DNA of 63,897 nucleotides, counting the filler, from Chiloscyllium plagiosum (taxonomy: Eukaryota), in the NCBI RefSeq assembly GCF_004010195.1. It is 5 parts of one record of this genome, joined end to end, with 100 filler letters (N's around TTAATTAATTAA, not from the genome) between each part and the next. Parts side by side here need not be neighbours in the genome. Positions count along the whole stretch, not along the records: positions 29,257 to 39,821 come from NC_057717.1; positions 39,922 to 48,221 come from NC_057717.1; 3 more parts are not named here. One strand, 5' to 3'. A program made the position numbers and the translations under genes. This document shows positions 36,238-48,321 of this stretch, piece by piece (within the stretch, counting starts at the first letter, position 1; each line of letters starts with the position of its first letter). The notes under the pieces are model-generated. The model was not told the DNA's origin. It ran no database searches and saw nothing but the letters and a program-made list of their open reading frames with translations.

Positions 36238-38737
36238 GCTGTTACATGAATGTTACAGACACTTTAACAGAAAAAACCTGATTGGTGTCTGGGCCTTGCT
36301 GCACATGGACAGAGACCAGTTCAGGAGCTGACGGGGGACAAAATGTTCTGAACATTGTGGAATCTTCAGTGACCATCCCCACTTCTGATCTTATGGTGGG
36401 GAGGATGGGGGCGGGGAGACATTGGTGAAGCAGCTGAAAATGTTTGTGAAGAGGAAGCTACCCTGAGTATCTCGCACAGAGGTCACCCTGGACTGAGATG
36501 ATGAACATCTTCCTTAGTTAGTGGGTGTTATTTTCATGAATGCTCTGTTATTTCATATTGCAGTCAGGGAGACCAGAGGATTCTGTGAGCCATCTCTGGG
36601 TGAGGTAAGGGGGCTGTATTCTCAGTGAATTTGGGTCTAAACATGACCAATAATAAAAGTGCAAGTTGCAAAGAGGGAAAGCTCTGTAAAGAGAGATAAG
36701 GGGCCTCTTTCATACCCATGCCTGGGTTTTCCAATCACATTTCCCAAATCACCTTAAAGCGTGTGGGACAGTTTTGAGAGGCTGAATGGTCTCCTCTGTC
36801 TCTGTGCAACAGGTTATAGCAGTAAGTAGCATCCAACTGCTCCCGTCTAGCAGGTTTGAGGGGCTGAATGGAACACAGAAACATGGGACTGAGGAGCAGG
36901 AGTGGATCATTAGATACTTTGAGCCATCTCCACCAGGCACTAAGATTGTGGCTGATCAGGTTGTGGTCTCAGCCCCACTTCCCTGTCTATATCCCATTAT
37001 GCATGACTCACTTCTTTGTCAAATATTTAACTAATGTAGCTTTCAATCAATGTGAACACAGAGACACGATAAACTTTCAGTTAAGAAAATTCCAACTTGA
37101 AAGGTCCTTTCAGAATTATTCCTTATCCCTCTTATAGAATCAGAGAGTCATACAGAAGAGAAACAGACCCGTTAGTCCAACCTGTTCACTCCGATCAGAT
37201 ATCAAATCTGATCCAGTCCCATTTGCCAGCATTTGGCCAATATCCCTCCTCTTTCAGATACTTTTAAATGTGCGATTGTAGCCGCCTTCAGCACTTCCTC
37301 TGACAGCACTTTCTATGCACACACCACTCTGTGTGTGAATCATTTACCTTCATGTCCCTTCTAAATCATTCGCCCTCTCCCCTCCAACCTATGCCTTCTT
37401 GTTCTGGTCTCCCCTACCCTGGGGAGCAGAACGTGGCTGTTCAGAATATCCATGCCACTGCTGGTTTTGTAAACCTCTATAATGTCACCCCTCAGCCTCT
37501 GACACTCCAGGAGAAAGCACCTAAACCTAATCAACCTCGACATGAAGCTCAAACTACCAGACCTGGAACATCTGTGTCTAAATAATTTCTGCAGACAACC
37601 GAGTTGTACGCAGTATGCTTAAAGTGGCCTCACCAACATCCTGTACAGATGCAACATACCACCACAACCGCTATACTCAATGCTCTGATTGATTAAGTGA
37701 AATGTGCCAAATGTGTTCTGTCCCACTCTGTCGACCTGCGACTCCACTTTCAAGGAACAATGTACCTGCAGCCCTATGTCCCTTTGTTTCAGAATGTGTC
37801 CTAGGGCCTTGCCATAAGTGTATAATTTCTGCCCTGGATTGCGTTCACAAAATGCAAAACCTCGTATTTATCTATATTAAACTTCAACTGTCACTCCTTG
37901 CCCCTTTGTCCCATCTATTTGTGGTCTCGTTATACTCTGAGATAATCTACAAGACCACCTTTCTGATGTAATCTGTAAACTTACTAACTATGGCCCAATA
38001 TTCACATCTAAATCCTTTACATAAATGATGAAATGCAGTGAACCCAGTCCTGATTCTTACAGCACACTGCTGCTCACAAGCCTCTAGTCTGAAAAATATC
38101 CCTCTTCGTTCAGGCCAATTGTGACGAGCTTCCTCTGTATCCCATGTGACCGATCACTTACTAATCTGTCTACCAATCAGAATGAAATACTCGCTATGAA
38201 GAGAGGCTGAGTAGGTTAGGTTTACATTCACTAGAAAAAAGGACATTGAGGGGGGACCTGATTGAAGTTTGCAAAATCATGAAGGGCATAGACAGTGTGG
38301 ACAAAATTGAAAAATGGAGTGCTGGAAAAACACAGCAGGCCAGGCAGCATTCGAGGAGCAGAAGAATCGACATTTCGGGCATAAGCCCTTCTTCAAGAAT
38401 CAGTGTGGATAGAGACGAGCTTTTTCCCAGGGTGAAGGATTCAATAACGAGAGGTCGTGCTTTCAAAGTGAGAGGTGGAATGTTTAAGGATGATACACGA
38501 AGTAAGTACTTCACACAGAGGATGGTGGGCGTTTGGAACGCGTTGCTAGCAGAGGTTGTAGAGGCAGATTCATTTAAGATTCGTCTGGACAGATGCATGA
38601 GTAGGTGGGGAGCAGAGGGATACAGATGATTGGGAATTGACCGACAGATTTAGACAGTACATTTGGATTGGCTCAGGCTTGGAGGGCGAAGGGCCTGTTC
38701 CTGGGCTGCAGATTTTCTTTGCTCTTTGTTCTTTAAA
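36238..38737 (+). repeat. Segmental duplication copy 1; reverse-complement copy 2 at ~48612-51089
   Basis: Shared unique sequence and shared TE junctions. ORFs 36786..37034(+) and 49836..50183(-) translate almost identically (SSRFEGLNGTQKHGT..CLYPIMHDSLLCQIF). Confidence 0.92.
38194..38735 (+). mobile_element. CR1 3' end carrying a 99-bp Penelope-derived insertion (38302-38400)
   Basis: LRGDLIEVCKIMKGIDSVD[insert]SVDRDELFP. The insert is flanked by cagtgtgga (38293-38301 and 38401-38409). Confidence 0.9.
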
Positions 38738-39482
38738 TGAACACCTTGCTCAAGTCCATATAGACAATGTTCACCAAACTGCCTTCATCAATCTTCTTTG
38801 TTATCTCTTCAGAAAACTCAACCAAATTAATGAGACATGATTTCCCATGCAGAAAGCCACGTTGTCTACCCCGATCAGCCCTTGCCTTCCCAAATGTATG
38901 AAAATGTTATCCCTCAGTGTCCCCTCTAACAACTTACCCACCATTGACATCAGGCTCACCGGTCTTTAGTTCCCCGTCTTTTGGGGTCACTGTTTCCTTT
39001 TCTAGTCCCACCCCTCCACTGCTCACAACAAATGTTAAATGTAAACAGGTTGGTGATATGGCCGATGATATCGGTCTCAGACTGGGTCAGGGTCAGTTTT
39101 AGGAACAAGTCAGGTTAGTTTCTTTAATCTGCACAAATAGCACGTTTATGACCACAACAACGTTACTCAAAATATGATGGAAAGATGCATGGCAAACTGT
39201 TTGGGTTTTGCAAGTATATAATCAATATTTCCCTTTCTAAAAACACTGACACACACACACACACACTTTTAACTTGAAAGATCTCTGTCCAGATATTATT
39301 GGAACTCATAACAAAAGGGAAAATTGTGAGATTGTCCAAAACGCTATTCTGCTTCTGAAGATATTGTACTAACACAGTTGCTAGCAATGGGATTCCACCC
39401 TGAGACAGTTGGATTTGGCTTAATTCCCTTTGCTTTAGGCAGTGAGGAGATTCCAGTGAATTCTGGTCAGTAATCACCCAAA

Positions 39483-39795
39483 GGGCAGCACGGTCGAAAG
39501 CACTGCTGCCTCACAGCAAGAAGGGACTTGGGTTCGATTCCAGCCTTGGGTGACTGTCTGTGTGGAGTTTACACATTCTCTACTTTTCTGTATGAGCTTC
39601 TAATGGGTGATCCAGTTTCCTACCACAGCTCAAACTATGTAGGTTCGGTGGATTGGTCATGCTAAATTGTCTGTAGTGTTGAGGGATTTCTAGGTTAGGT
39701 GAATTAGTCAGTGGTAAATATAGGGGAATAGGTAGGGAAGGTTGGTATGGACTTGTTGGGCGGAAGGGCCTGTTTCAACACTGCAGGGATTCCAT
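39483..39795 (+). mobile_element. V-SINE (HE1-like), diverged
   Basis: gcactgctgcctcacagc...gggttcgattccagccttgggtgactgtctgtgtggagttt...ggacttgttgggcggaagggcctgtttcaacactgcagggattc. Confidence 0.85.
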
Positions 39796-40070
39796 AAAAA
39801 TAAGAATGGTAACGATGACTGNNNNNNNNNNNNNNNNNNNNNNNNNNNNNNNNNNNNNNNNNNNNTTAATTAATTAANNNNNNNNNNNNNNNNNNNNNNN
39901 NNNNNNNNNNNNNNNNNNNNNAGGAACACTACCACACAAGTTCAGGAATTGCAATCAAATCCAGAGCACTGACTGAGAGGCAGGGACGCTACCCACTACA
40001 TTACCATACCCAGATTTTGGGACATATTTTAGTGCCCGCTTTCAGCTCGGTGTGGATTTATTGTAATCAG

Positions 40071-41717
40071 AGCTGAAAAATGCGTTGCTGGAAAAGCACA
40101 GCAGGTCAGGCAGCATCCAAGGAGCAGGAAAATCGACGTTTCGGGCATAAGCCCTTCTTCAGGAATGAGGCTGGTGTGCCAAGCAGGCTAAGATAAAAGG
40201 TAGGGAGGAGGGGCGTTGGGAATGTGATAGGTGGAAGGAAGTTAAGGTGAGGGTGATAGGCCAGAGAGGAGTTGGGGGTGGAGAGGTCGGGAAGAAGATT
40301 GCAGGTCAAGAAGGCGGTGCTGAATCTGAGGGTTGGGACTGAGATAAGGTGGGTGGAGGGGAAATGAGGAAGCTGGAGAGATCTGCATTCATCCCTTGTG
40401 GTTGGAGGGTTTCTAGGCAGAAGATGAGGCGTTCTTTCTCCAGGCATCGAGTTACCATGGTCTGGTGATGGAGGAGGCCAAGGACCTGCATGTCGTTGGT
40501 GGAGTGGGAGGGGGAGTTAAAGTGTTGAGCCACGGGGTGGTTGGGTTGGTGGGTGCGGGTGTCCCAGAGGTGATCTCTGAAATGTTCTGCAAGTAGGTGG
40601 CCTGTCTCTCCAATGTAGAGGAGACCACATCGGGTGCAGCGGATGCAGTAAATGAAGCGTGAGGAGGTGCAGGTGAATTTGTGGTGAATATGGAACGATC
40701 CCTTTGGGCTTTGGAGAGAAGTGAGGGGGAAGGTGTGGGCGCAGGTTTTACATTTCTTTCGGTTGCAGGCGAAGGTGCCGGGAGTGGAAGTTGGGTTGTT
40801 GGGGTTGTGGACCTGACGAGGGAGTGGCGGGGGGAGTGGATTTTCTGAAACGCTGATAGTGGAGGGGAGGGAAATATATCCCTGGTGGTGGGGTCTCTTT
40901 GGAGGTGGCGGAAATGCCGAAGGATGATACGATGTATCCGGAGGTTGTTGGGCTGGTAAGTGGGGACCAATGGGGTTCTGTTCTGGTGGTGATTGGAGGG
41001 GCGGGGTTCAAGGGCGGAGGAGCGGCAAGTGGAGGAGATGCGGTGGAGAGCATCGTCAACCACGTCTGAGGGGAAGTTGTGGTCTTTGAAGAAGGAGGCC
41101 ATCTGGGTTGTTCGGTATTGGAATTAGCCCTCCGGGGAGCAGTTGGAGCACAGGCGAGGGAATTGGGAATATGGGATGTCGTTTTTACAGGGGGTAGGGT
41201 GGGAGGAGGTATAATCTAGGTAGCTGTGGGAGTTGGTCGGTTTATAGAAAATGTCCGTGTTGAGTCGGTCGCCCGAGATAGAAATGGAGAGGTCTAGGAA
41301 GGGGAGGGAGGATTCTGAGACGGTCCAGGTGAATTTGAGGTTGAGGTGGAAGGTGTTAGTAAATTGGATGAACTATTCAACCTCCTCGTGCGAGCACGAG
41401 GTAGCGCCGATACAGTCATCGATGTCGCAGAGGAAAAGGTGGGGGTTGGTGCCAGTGTAGCTGCGAAAGGCTAGTCCGGCCTATCACCCTCACCTAGACC
41501 TCCTTCCACCTATCACATTCCCAATGCCCCTCCCCTAAGCCCCTCCTTCGTACCTTTGATCTTAGCCTGCTTGGCACACCAGCCTCATTCCTGAAGATGG
41601 GCTTATGCCCGAAACGTCGATTCTCCTGCTCCTTGGATGCTGCCTGACCTGCTGCGCTTTTCCAGCAACACATTTTTCAGCTCTGATCTCCAGCATCTGC
41701 CATCCTCACTTTCTCCT
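40071..41717 (-). mobile_element. 5'-truncated Penelope-like element (RT C-terminus plus GIY-YIG endonuclease) with inverted terminal repeats
   Basis: Minus strand LFLCDIDDC (RT motif), MASFFKDHNFP, KFTCTSSRFIYCIRCTRCGLLYIGET (GIY-YIG), VAQHFNSPSH...QPQGMN. 40071-40262 is the inverted copy of ~41478-41682. Target duplication atttattgtaatcag (40056-40070) / atttattataatcag (41718-41732). Confidence 0.95.
41591..41618 (+). ncRNA. Minimal hammerhead ribozyme core; mirror copy on the minus strand at 40135-40162
   Basis: CTGAAGA-t-gggc-ttat-gccc-GAAA-cg-TC: CUGANGA and GAAA boxes, a 4-bp stem II, a palindromic ACGT in place of stem III, and a GUC cleavage triplet. Confidence 0.75.
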
Positions 41718-42284
41718 ATTTATTATAATCAGGTTACCATGACTGAATTACAAAAAAACACTTTGTACTGTTAGACAAATGCAAGATATTTGTCTCAACT
41801 GAAGGATATTGAGTGCATGTGCTGTGCTATCGAAATTAACTATGAACGGCTTTAATTGCTATTATCTATTGTCTGCAATATTAGGGAAAGAAAACCTGAA
41901 GACACACTCTGCCCAATGAAGGGTCTGAAATTCATATTTATTACTGAACACCAGAGACGAAGAAGAGCTTAATTTCTGGCCCCAAAGCACCGAGCGGTAT
42001 TACCCACCTCTAACGTGCGACTGCCCACTTCCTATAGCCATGAAATGATACCAGGCCGGTGATTACTGTCCAGCCTCTCCTCCCCACTGACTGTGTCTGC
42101 AATCTGTCTCTCCTCCCCCAAACCACACAAGCCAACCCAAGCTCAGGGTCTTTGTGAAAATCAAGGCCGGAGTGTACAGGCCTCCTGGCGAGGGATGGGC
42201 TCTTTAAAATTGAAGGGGGAGGGTGAGGTGGCAGTAATATCACACACTGGGCTGAGGGGTAACAGATGGTGTTTAGTTTGGATT

Positions 42285-43100
42285 AATGCGAGGCATTGGA
42301 TTTGGGAAATCAAACAAGAGCAGGACCTATACAATTAAAAGCAGGGCCTTTGGCAGTGTTGTAGAACAGAGACCTAGGCCGTCAGGTATAATTCTTTGAA
42401 ATTTGCACCTCATACAGATAGTGTGGTTAAGAAAGTGTTTAAGACACTTGTCCTCATTGGTCAGACCTTTGAGTATCGGAATTGGGACGTCATGTTGTGG
42501 TTGTACAGGACATTGGTGAGACCTCTTCTGGAATACTGTGTCCAGTCTGGTCATCCTGCCCGTTCATTCCATAGGCACACCACCCTCTGGGTGAAAACGC
42601 TGCCCCTTAGGTCACTTTTAAATGTTTACCCTCTCACCTTAAACCTATGCCCTCTAGTTTTGGACTCCCCGTACCCTTCGAAAACACCTTGACTATTCAC
42701 TTTGATATTATTGACCTTGATATTATTAAGCTGGAGAGGGTTCAAAAGAGATTAACCTGGATGTTGCTGGGAATGGAGGGAGTTAGCTATAAGGAGAGGC
42801 TGGATAGGCTGGGACCTTTTTCACTCGAGAGAATGAGATTAAGGGGTAACTCCACAGAAGTTTACAAAATCGTGAGGGGTACAGATAAGCTGAAGGGCTG
42901 GTGTCTTTTCCTTAGAGTTGAGGATTCAAAACTGAGGGATATTTTAAGATGGGAGGAAAAATGATTTACAAATGTCATGAGAGATAATTATTTTAGACAG
43001 AAGCTGGCTTGGGTGTGGAATGAACTTCCAGAGGAAGTGATGAAAGCAGGGACAATTACAATGTTTAAAGGACATTTAGATCAGTACATGGATAAGACAT
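42285..43100 (+). mobile_element. CR1 3' portion with an inverted CR1 fragment at ~42551-42705
   Basis: LYRTLVRPLLEYCVQ; DIIKLERVQKRLTWML...LGPFSLERMRLRG. Confidence 0.88.
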
Positions 43101-43589
43101 CAGTTTGGATGGTGCTGTGAGCAGCTGCCCTCTCCCTCCCCCTCTCTGAATGTATCCCTGTTGGTTTTAACCCTCTGCCAATACCAGTTCAGTGGCGTGG
43201 GTAGGCCAGCAGAGGGTGGCATTGCATCACTTTAAGCACCACAGAGACTGCCAGACCTGCCCCACACAGAGACACAAAGATACACACACACAGTAATTTT
43301 TAGGACACTGCGTGAAGCTCATCTGGTAATTTAAACTAAACATAAGTTCGCCTCGTAAACTGTTAAAATATGAGTGACAGATCTACCAAATTCCACTGTA
43401 TAAATAAAACCATCAATTTATTTTTTTCACTCTGAAAATGAACATTTTACATCAACTATTCACAACTCTGGTACCCCCTTTCTCTTAATTGCTTATTACC
43501 CTACTCCAACTCTACAGCAATATACTGTTTCAAAAAGACACTTATTAACATTACATAAACGTAATTTCAAAACCACACAGCAGCTGACC

Positions 43590-44100
43590 TCACACCAATA
43601 TCACTTTTTCCCAACTTTCCTGGGAAGCCTGTCTCATGTTACAGGATGCTATCCAAGTGTTTACATTTCAGCATTCTGTAATCTGGGAACACATCATTCC
43701 ATGACACTGTCTCTCAGTCTCCCACTCTCTGCCTATACCCCAACCCCTCGCATGTGGTGATATTTAAACTGATTTCCCCGCCACCTCTCTGTGGCAGTGA
43801 TGTTCACACCCACAGCACCCCCTTGTCAGGGCACAATGGAGATAGGGAGCTGTAAATGGGTGGGAGCTGCACATCCCGTCACTTCCAGCATGGGCTGCAA
43901 GTTTCCCCACGCTGGGCAGTGATTTATCACAGTGTTACTGAGCAATGCACTGGTGTGATGTACACAGCTCTACATGCTGGGAGCGTAACTACTCCAGGGT
44001 TACAGATCAATTCACTGGTGTGATGTACACAGCTCTACATGCTGGGAGCGTAACTACTCCAGGGTTACAGATCAATTCACTGGTGTGATGTACACAGCTC
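43590..44100 (+). repeat. Direct duplication copy A, ending in ~2.4 units of a 65-bp minisatellite; copy B starts at ~45505
   Basis: Collinear atgttacaggatgct...catttcagcattctg...ggcagtgatgttcacacccacagca...gtcacttccagcatgggctgcaa. atcaattcactgg recurs at 44006 and 44071. Confidence 0.9.
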
Positions 44101-44275
44101 TTCACTGAACATTGCTCCTTACTCGGTCGGTGGGACCTGGATGTTTCAGAATCTCCACACGAGGCGTCCCCGTCCTCTCCGGCTCCTACCGGGGTATTCC
44201 CCACATGGCAGGGGGAGGGGGTGAGTGAACGGATATCCGGCACTCCACCACCCGGCTTGGCCATTTCTGTTCTTT

Positions 44276-44507
44276 GCTGGAAATGTGTTGCTGGAAAAGT
44301 GCAGCAGGTCAGGCAGCATCCAGGGAACAGGAGAATCGACGTTTCGGGCATAAGCCCTGCTTCAGGAATCATGGTGAGGGGTGCGGGGGCATATGCCCGA
44401 AACGTCGATTCTCCTGTTCCCTGGATGCTGCCTGACCTGCTGCGCTTTTCCAGCAACACATTTCCAGCTCTGATCTCCAGCATTTGCAGACCTCACTTTC
44501 ACCTCAA
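44276..44507. mobile_element. Hairpin-forming Penelope-derived insertion
   Basis: 44276-44352 and ~44393-44468 are near-perfect inverted repeats. A perfect 15-bp duplication ccatttctgttcttt lies at 44261-44275 and 44508-44522. Confidence 0.92.
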
Positions 44508-44697
44508 CCATTTCTGTTCTTTTCCAGGCTGTTTCTCCTCGAATGGGAGAAGGGGAGGGAGGGAGTGAGGCTGACCCTGCTGTTAGTGCTGGAGGAGGTG
44601 GGGAAGAGGGTTATGGTGAAGGGTGCGAGGGGAGTCAGTCCACCGTGTTGTATCCATGCAATGTTATTAGTGTAGGGGGGTAAAGCGGAGGGAGTGG

Positions 44698-44763
44698 GAG
44701 AGAGAGACAGAGACGGAGACAGAGACAGACAGAGACAGAGACATAGACAGAGAGAGAGAGAGA
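44698..44763 (+). repeat. (GA)/(GAGACA) microsatellite in the Myb-gene intron
   Basis: Direct reading of the sequence. Confidence 0.9.
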
Positions 44764-45857
44764 AGGTGCTGCATGCAGCAGTGTGAGTGGTGGACCATGA
44801 GCCTTGTTTGGGGGTCGGTGCTATAACAGATATATAGTGAGTGTGAGGGAGCAGAGAGAATACGGCGACCCTTATCCTGACAGAGTGGGGAAGGTTATTG
44901 GTGCTTGTCCTGTATTGCTGGACATTTCGTCAGACCGCAGATACTGCACTGAGCTGGGTGGGGAGCTCATACCATGCTCGGTGGGTCTGGCGGTGTGGCA
45001 CCCTCTGGGAAGAGAATGGTCCCCCTCTGTACTTGCCCATCCACCAGGCCGTCCGTGTCCCTGTCGACAAGCCGTGGTGTAATTGCCCCTTATCTGCCAT
45101 GCTCGGGGTAAACTGTGCAGGGCAGCTCCTAACTGAGAAAGCTCAACCGTGTGCCCCTTGGCCTTTTAAAGATGGCACCAGTGCCAGGGATCACGGAATA
45201 TCCAGGGGTATTCTGGCGATGGTGAGTACTTCCAGCCATGATGGGTGGGAGAATCGGGCTGGTATTGAATGAGAGGGACACCATGGGGTGGGGTTTGGTA
45301 GTTAATGAGGTGAGTTCGATACGATAGCACCAGGAAACTAGCTCGGCCTCGTGTGGATGATCCCTCTGTCACACTCAATGAAAATGGCACTGAAACTAAT
45401 TATTGTTAGATTTAGCCCAATGAGTCAAAGACTCTGCTGACCCTATGCCCAGATGCAAAGCTGCAGAACAAATACTCATCCAAAACTCTGCATCATCTGA
45501 ACTCCCACCAATATCCTGTTTCCCTACCATTTCTGGAATCACTGGTTTATGTTACAGGATGCTGTTGAAATGTTTTCATTTCAGCATTCTGAAACCTGGG
45601 AATACATCCTTCCATAACGCTGTTTCTCGGTCTCCCCCTCTCTGACTATTTCCCAAACGCCTCCTATTTGTTATTGTATAAACTGACTCCCCCGCTATCT
45701 CTCTCTGGCAGTGATGTTCACACCCACAGCAACCCCTCATCATGGCGCAATGGAGATATGGAGCTGGAAATGGGTGGGAACTGCACATCCTGTCACTTCC
45801 AGCATGGGCTGCAAATTTCCCCACAATGGACAGGGATCTAACACAGTGTTACAGAGC

Positions 45858-46472
45858 AATGCACTGGGGTGGGATGCACAGTCCTACATGCTGGGAGGGT
45901 AACTGCTCCTGGTTTACAGATCAATGCACTGCGGTGGGTACACAGTCCTACATGCTTGGAGGGTAATTGCTGGCCTTTTAAAGATTAATTCACAGTGATT
46001 ACTGCACTGTTCCCTGTGCTGGTCAGACTAACTGGTTGAGGTTCATAGATAATGCAATGGTGTAGTCCGTGCAGCTCCAAATACTGGATGGATATTTCTT
46101 TCAGGTTCACACATTAGTGCACTGCGGAATTCTGCACAGCTCCCGGTGCTGGACAGATATATAGTCCGGGTTTATAGATCAATGCTCTTCTGTGGTCTGC
46201 ACAGCTTCCCGTGCTGGACAGATATCTCGTCCGCGTTTATAGATCAATGCACTGCTGTGGTCTGCACAGCTCCCCGTCCTGGACAGATATCTGGACTGGG
46301 TTTATAGATCAATGCACTGTTTTGGTCTACATTGCTCCCCGTGCTGGACAGATATCTAGCCCGTGTTTATAGATCATTGCCCTGCTGTGGTTTGCACAAC
46401 TGCCGGTGCTGGACAGTTATCTAGTCCGGGTTTATAGATCAATGCACTGCTGTAGTCTACACAGCTCCCCGT
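45858..46472 (+). repeat. 65-bp minisatellite, ~9 units
   Basis: tttatagatc recurs at 46171, 46236, 46301, 46366 and 46431. The units become more divergent leftwards. Confidence 0.93.
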
Positions 46473-46519
46473 ATTCCTGTGTAGCAGCTTTGAAATGCTG
46501 AATGTTCCCTTCCATTTCC

Positions 46520-47455
46520 TGTGTAACAGGCATGAGAGATTAAAAGATTTGCTCCAATCGCTGATGAACAGCCTCCAATTGCTGAATGGCCTCATTCTGT
46601 TCCTGTTTAAAACTCTTGATGGGCTGAATAGCCTGCTTCAGTATCGGTGCAGTTGTGAATAGTGCTGAATATTTTGAAACGATCAGTGAATAGGCCACTT
46701 CTGACTTTAAGATGGAGGCAAGGCCATTGATGCTGCGGCTGTTACTAGCCCACAGCGCCTCATGGATGCCAAGTTTCCATGTGCTCAACCCTATAGAGAT
46801 TTGTCCGACTTCACAGGAGGGAGTGCCACATCACACAGTGAGCAGTACGCCTAATATGATTTATCTCTCCATCCCGGAGTCTCTCAGCCGCATTCGTGAT
46901 GAAGGTCTGCTGCCCGAGACGGTGATTGTCCTGCTCCTCGGATGCTGCCTGACCTGCTGTGCTTTTCCAGGAACACACTAATCTTGAGTATGTCAAATAT
47001 GAGGCTGAGACTCCCTCCACCAGGACTGTGTGCTGGTTGTTCCTACAGATACTGTCAGGGATAGATCCATCTGGGACAAGGAGTTTGGTGAGAATGTTTC
47101 CCCCAGTGTATTGAAGCCTGTCCCTGCTCAGGCAGCGGTGGGCTTGTGGGGATACTCCTGGTGATGTACGTTGAAGTGTCACACCCAGAGGACGGTCTGT
47201 GTCCTTGTCACCCTCAGTGCTTCCTCTGATTTGTTTCCAAGAGGAGCGGTGGGGGGGGGGGGGGGGCAGGAGATAACCATCTTCAGGGGACTTCCTTGAC
47301 CATGAAATATTGCCATGAGATTTCCTGAGTTCTGGAATCAATGTTGGGCAATTGTAGGGTAACTCCTTCCCTGACTGTATCCCAGGGTGTCCCCATCACT
47401 GGTGGGTCTGTCCTGCCGGTGGGACAGGATATACCCAGGGATGGTGATGGGGCTT
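46520..47455 (-). mobile_element. Degraded CR1-clade LINE ORF2 fragments including APE, with a PLE repeat remnant at ~46890-46980
   Basis: TITIPGYILSHRQDRPT...NIDSRTQEISWQ; LASILKSEVAYSL. Confidence 0.7.
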
Positions 47456-47468
47456 CATGAAATATTAT

Positions 47469-47792
47469 GGATGGCACGGTGGCAGAGTGGTTAGCACTGT
47501 TGCCTCACAGCGCCAGAGACCCGGGTTCGATTCCAGCCTTGGGCGACTGACTGTGTGGAGTTTGCACATTCTCCCCGTGTCTGCGTGGGTTTCGTCTGGG
47601 TGCTCTGGTTTCCTCCCATAGTCCAAAGATGTGCAGGTTAGGTGAATTGGCCATGGGAAATTGTCCGTAGTGTTAGGTGAAGGGGTAAATTTAGGGGAAT
47701 GGATCTGGGTGGGTTGCGCTTCGGCAGGTCGGTGTGCACTTGTTGGCCTGCAGGGCCTGTTTGCACACTGTAGGTAATCTAATCTAATCTAA
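47469..47792 (+). mobile_element. Full-length V-SINE (HE1-like)
   Basis: A box (tggcagagtgg), B box (ggttcgattcc), V-domain gtgtggagtttgcacattctccccgtgtctgcgtgggttt, CR1-like tail ending (aatct)n. Confidence 0.92.
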
Positions 47793-47838
47793 ATTATCCA
47801 TCAGGCCTGATCTTGTGAGTATGACGGTGTCGGACTGT

Positions 47839-48221
47839 TTCCTGACTGGGAGTATGGTGCTGGAAAAGCACAGCAGGTCAGGCAGCATCCGGGGAGCAGG
47901 TGAATGAATGTTTCAGGCATAATCCCTGAATCAGGAATGAGGATTGTGGTGAGGGGGGGTGCTGAGAGAAAAATGGGAGAAGGCTGTGCAGGGGCTGGCG
48001 TTCCTGACTGGGAGTATGGTGCTGGAAAAGCACAGCAGGTCAGGCAGCATCCGGGGAGCAGGTGAATGAATGTTTCAGGCATAATCCCTGAATCAGGAAT
48101 GAGGATTGTGGTGAGGGGGGGTGCTGAGAGAAAAATGGGAGAAGGCTGTGCAGGGGCGGGCGCTGGGGCTGGGGCTGGGGCTGGGGCTGGTACAGGAGCT
48201 GGGGATGGGGCTGGGGCTGAG
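47839..48221. repeat. Exact 162-bp-period tandem duplication of a PLE terminal-repeat fragment, followed by (GGGGCT)n
   Basis: ttcctgactgggagtatggtgctggaaaagc starts at 47839 and again at 48001. Confidence 0.9.
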
Positions 48222-48321
48222 NNNNNNNNNNNNNNNNNNNNNNNNNNNNNNNNNNNNNNNNNNNNTTAATTAATTAANNNNNNNNNNNNNNNNNNNNNNN
48301 NNNNNNNNNNNNNNNNNNNNN

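Larger units (their letters stand above)
44101..45418 (-). mobile_element. Harbinger/PIF-type DNA transposon remnant with a two-exon Myb/SANT-like pseudogene
   Basis: Exon 1 (45100-44876), with frameshifts: MADKG..PRLVDRDTDGLVDGQVQRGTILFP..PHRQTHRAWYELPTQLSAVSAV*RNVQQYRTSTNNLPHSVR. Exon 2 (44537-44123): EKQPGKRTEMAKPGGGVPDIRSLTP...|GTAAG. Possible terminus GGGCTAAATCT at 45418. Confidence 0.75.

Noticed and set aside
36786..37034. Conserved small protein shared with 49836..50183
   Set aside because: The similarity is explained by the segmental duplication. All frames are similarly conserved and part of the sequence is an antisense CR1 tail.
43928..43970. CACAGTG as a V(D)J recombination signal heptamer (also near 45842)
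   Set aside because: No ACAAAAACC-like nonamer at 12 or 23 bp, and no Ig/TCR segment is recognisable.
47469..47545. Functional tRNA gene
   Set aside because: It is the tRNA-derived head of a SINE and continues into the V-domain and LINE-like tail.
48066..48269. Gly-Ala repeat protein (and the CV/HT repeat ORFs at ~58.4 kb)
   Set aside because: These are translations of (GGGGCT)n and (CA)n simple repeats.
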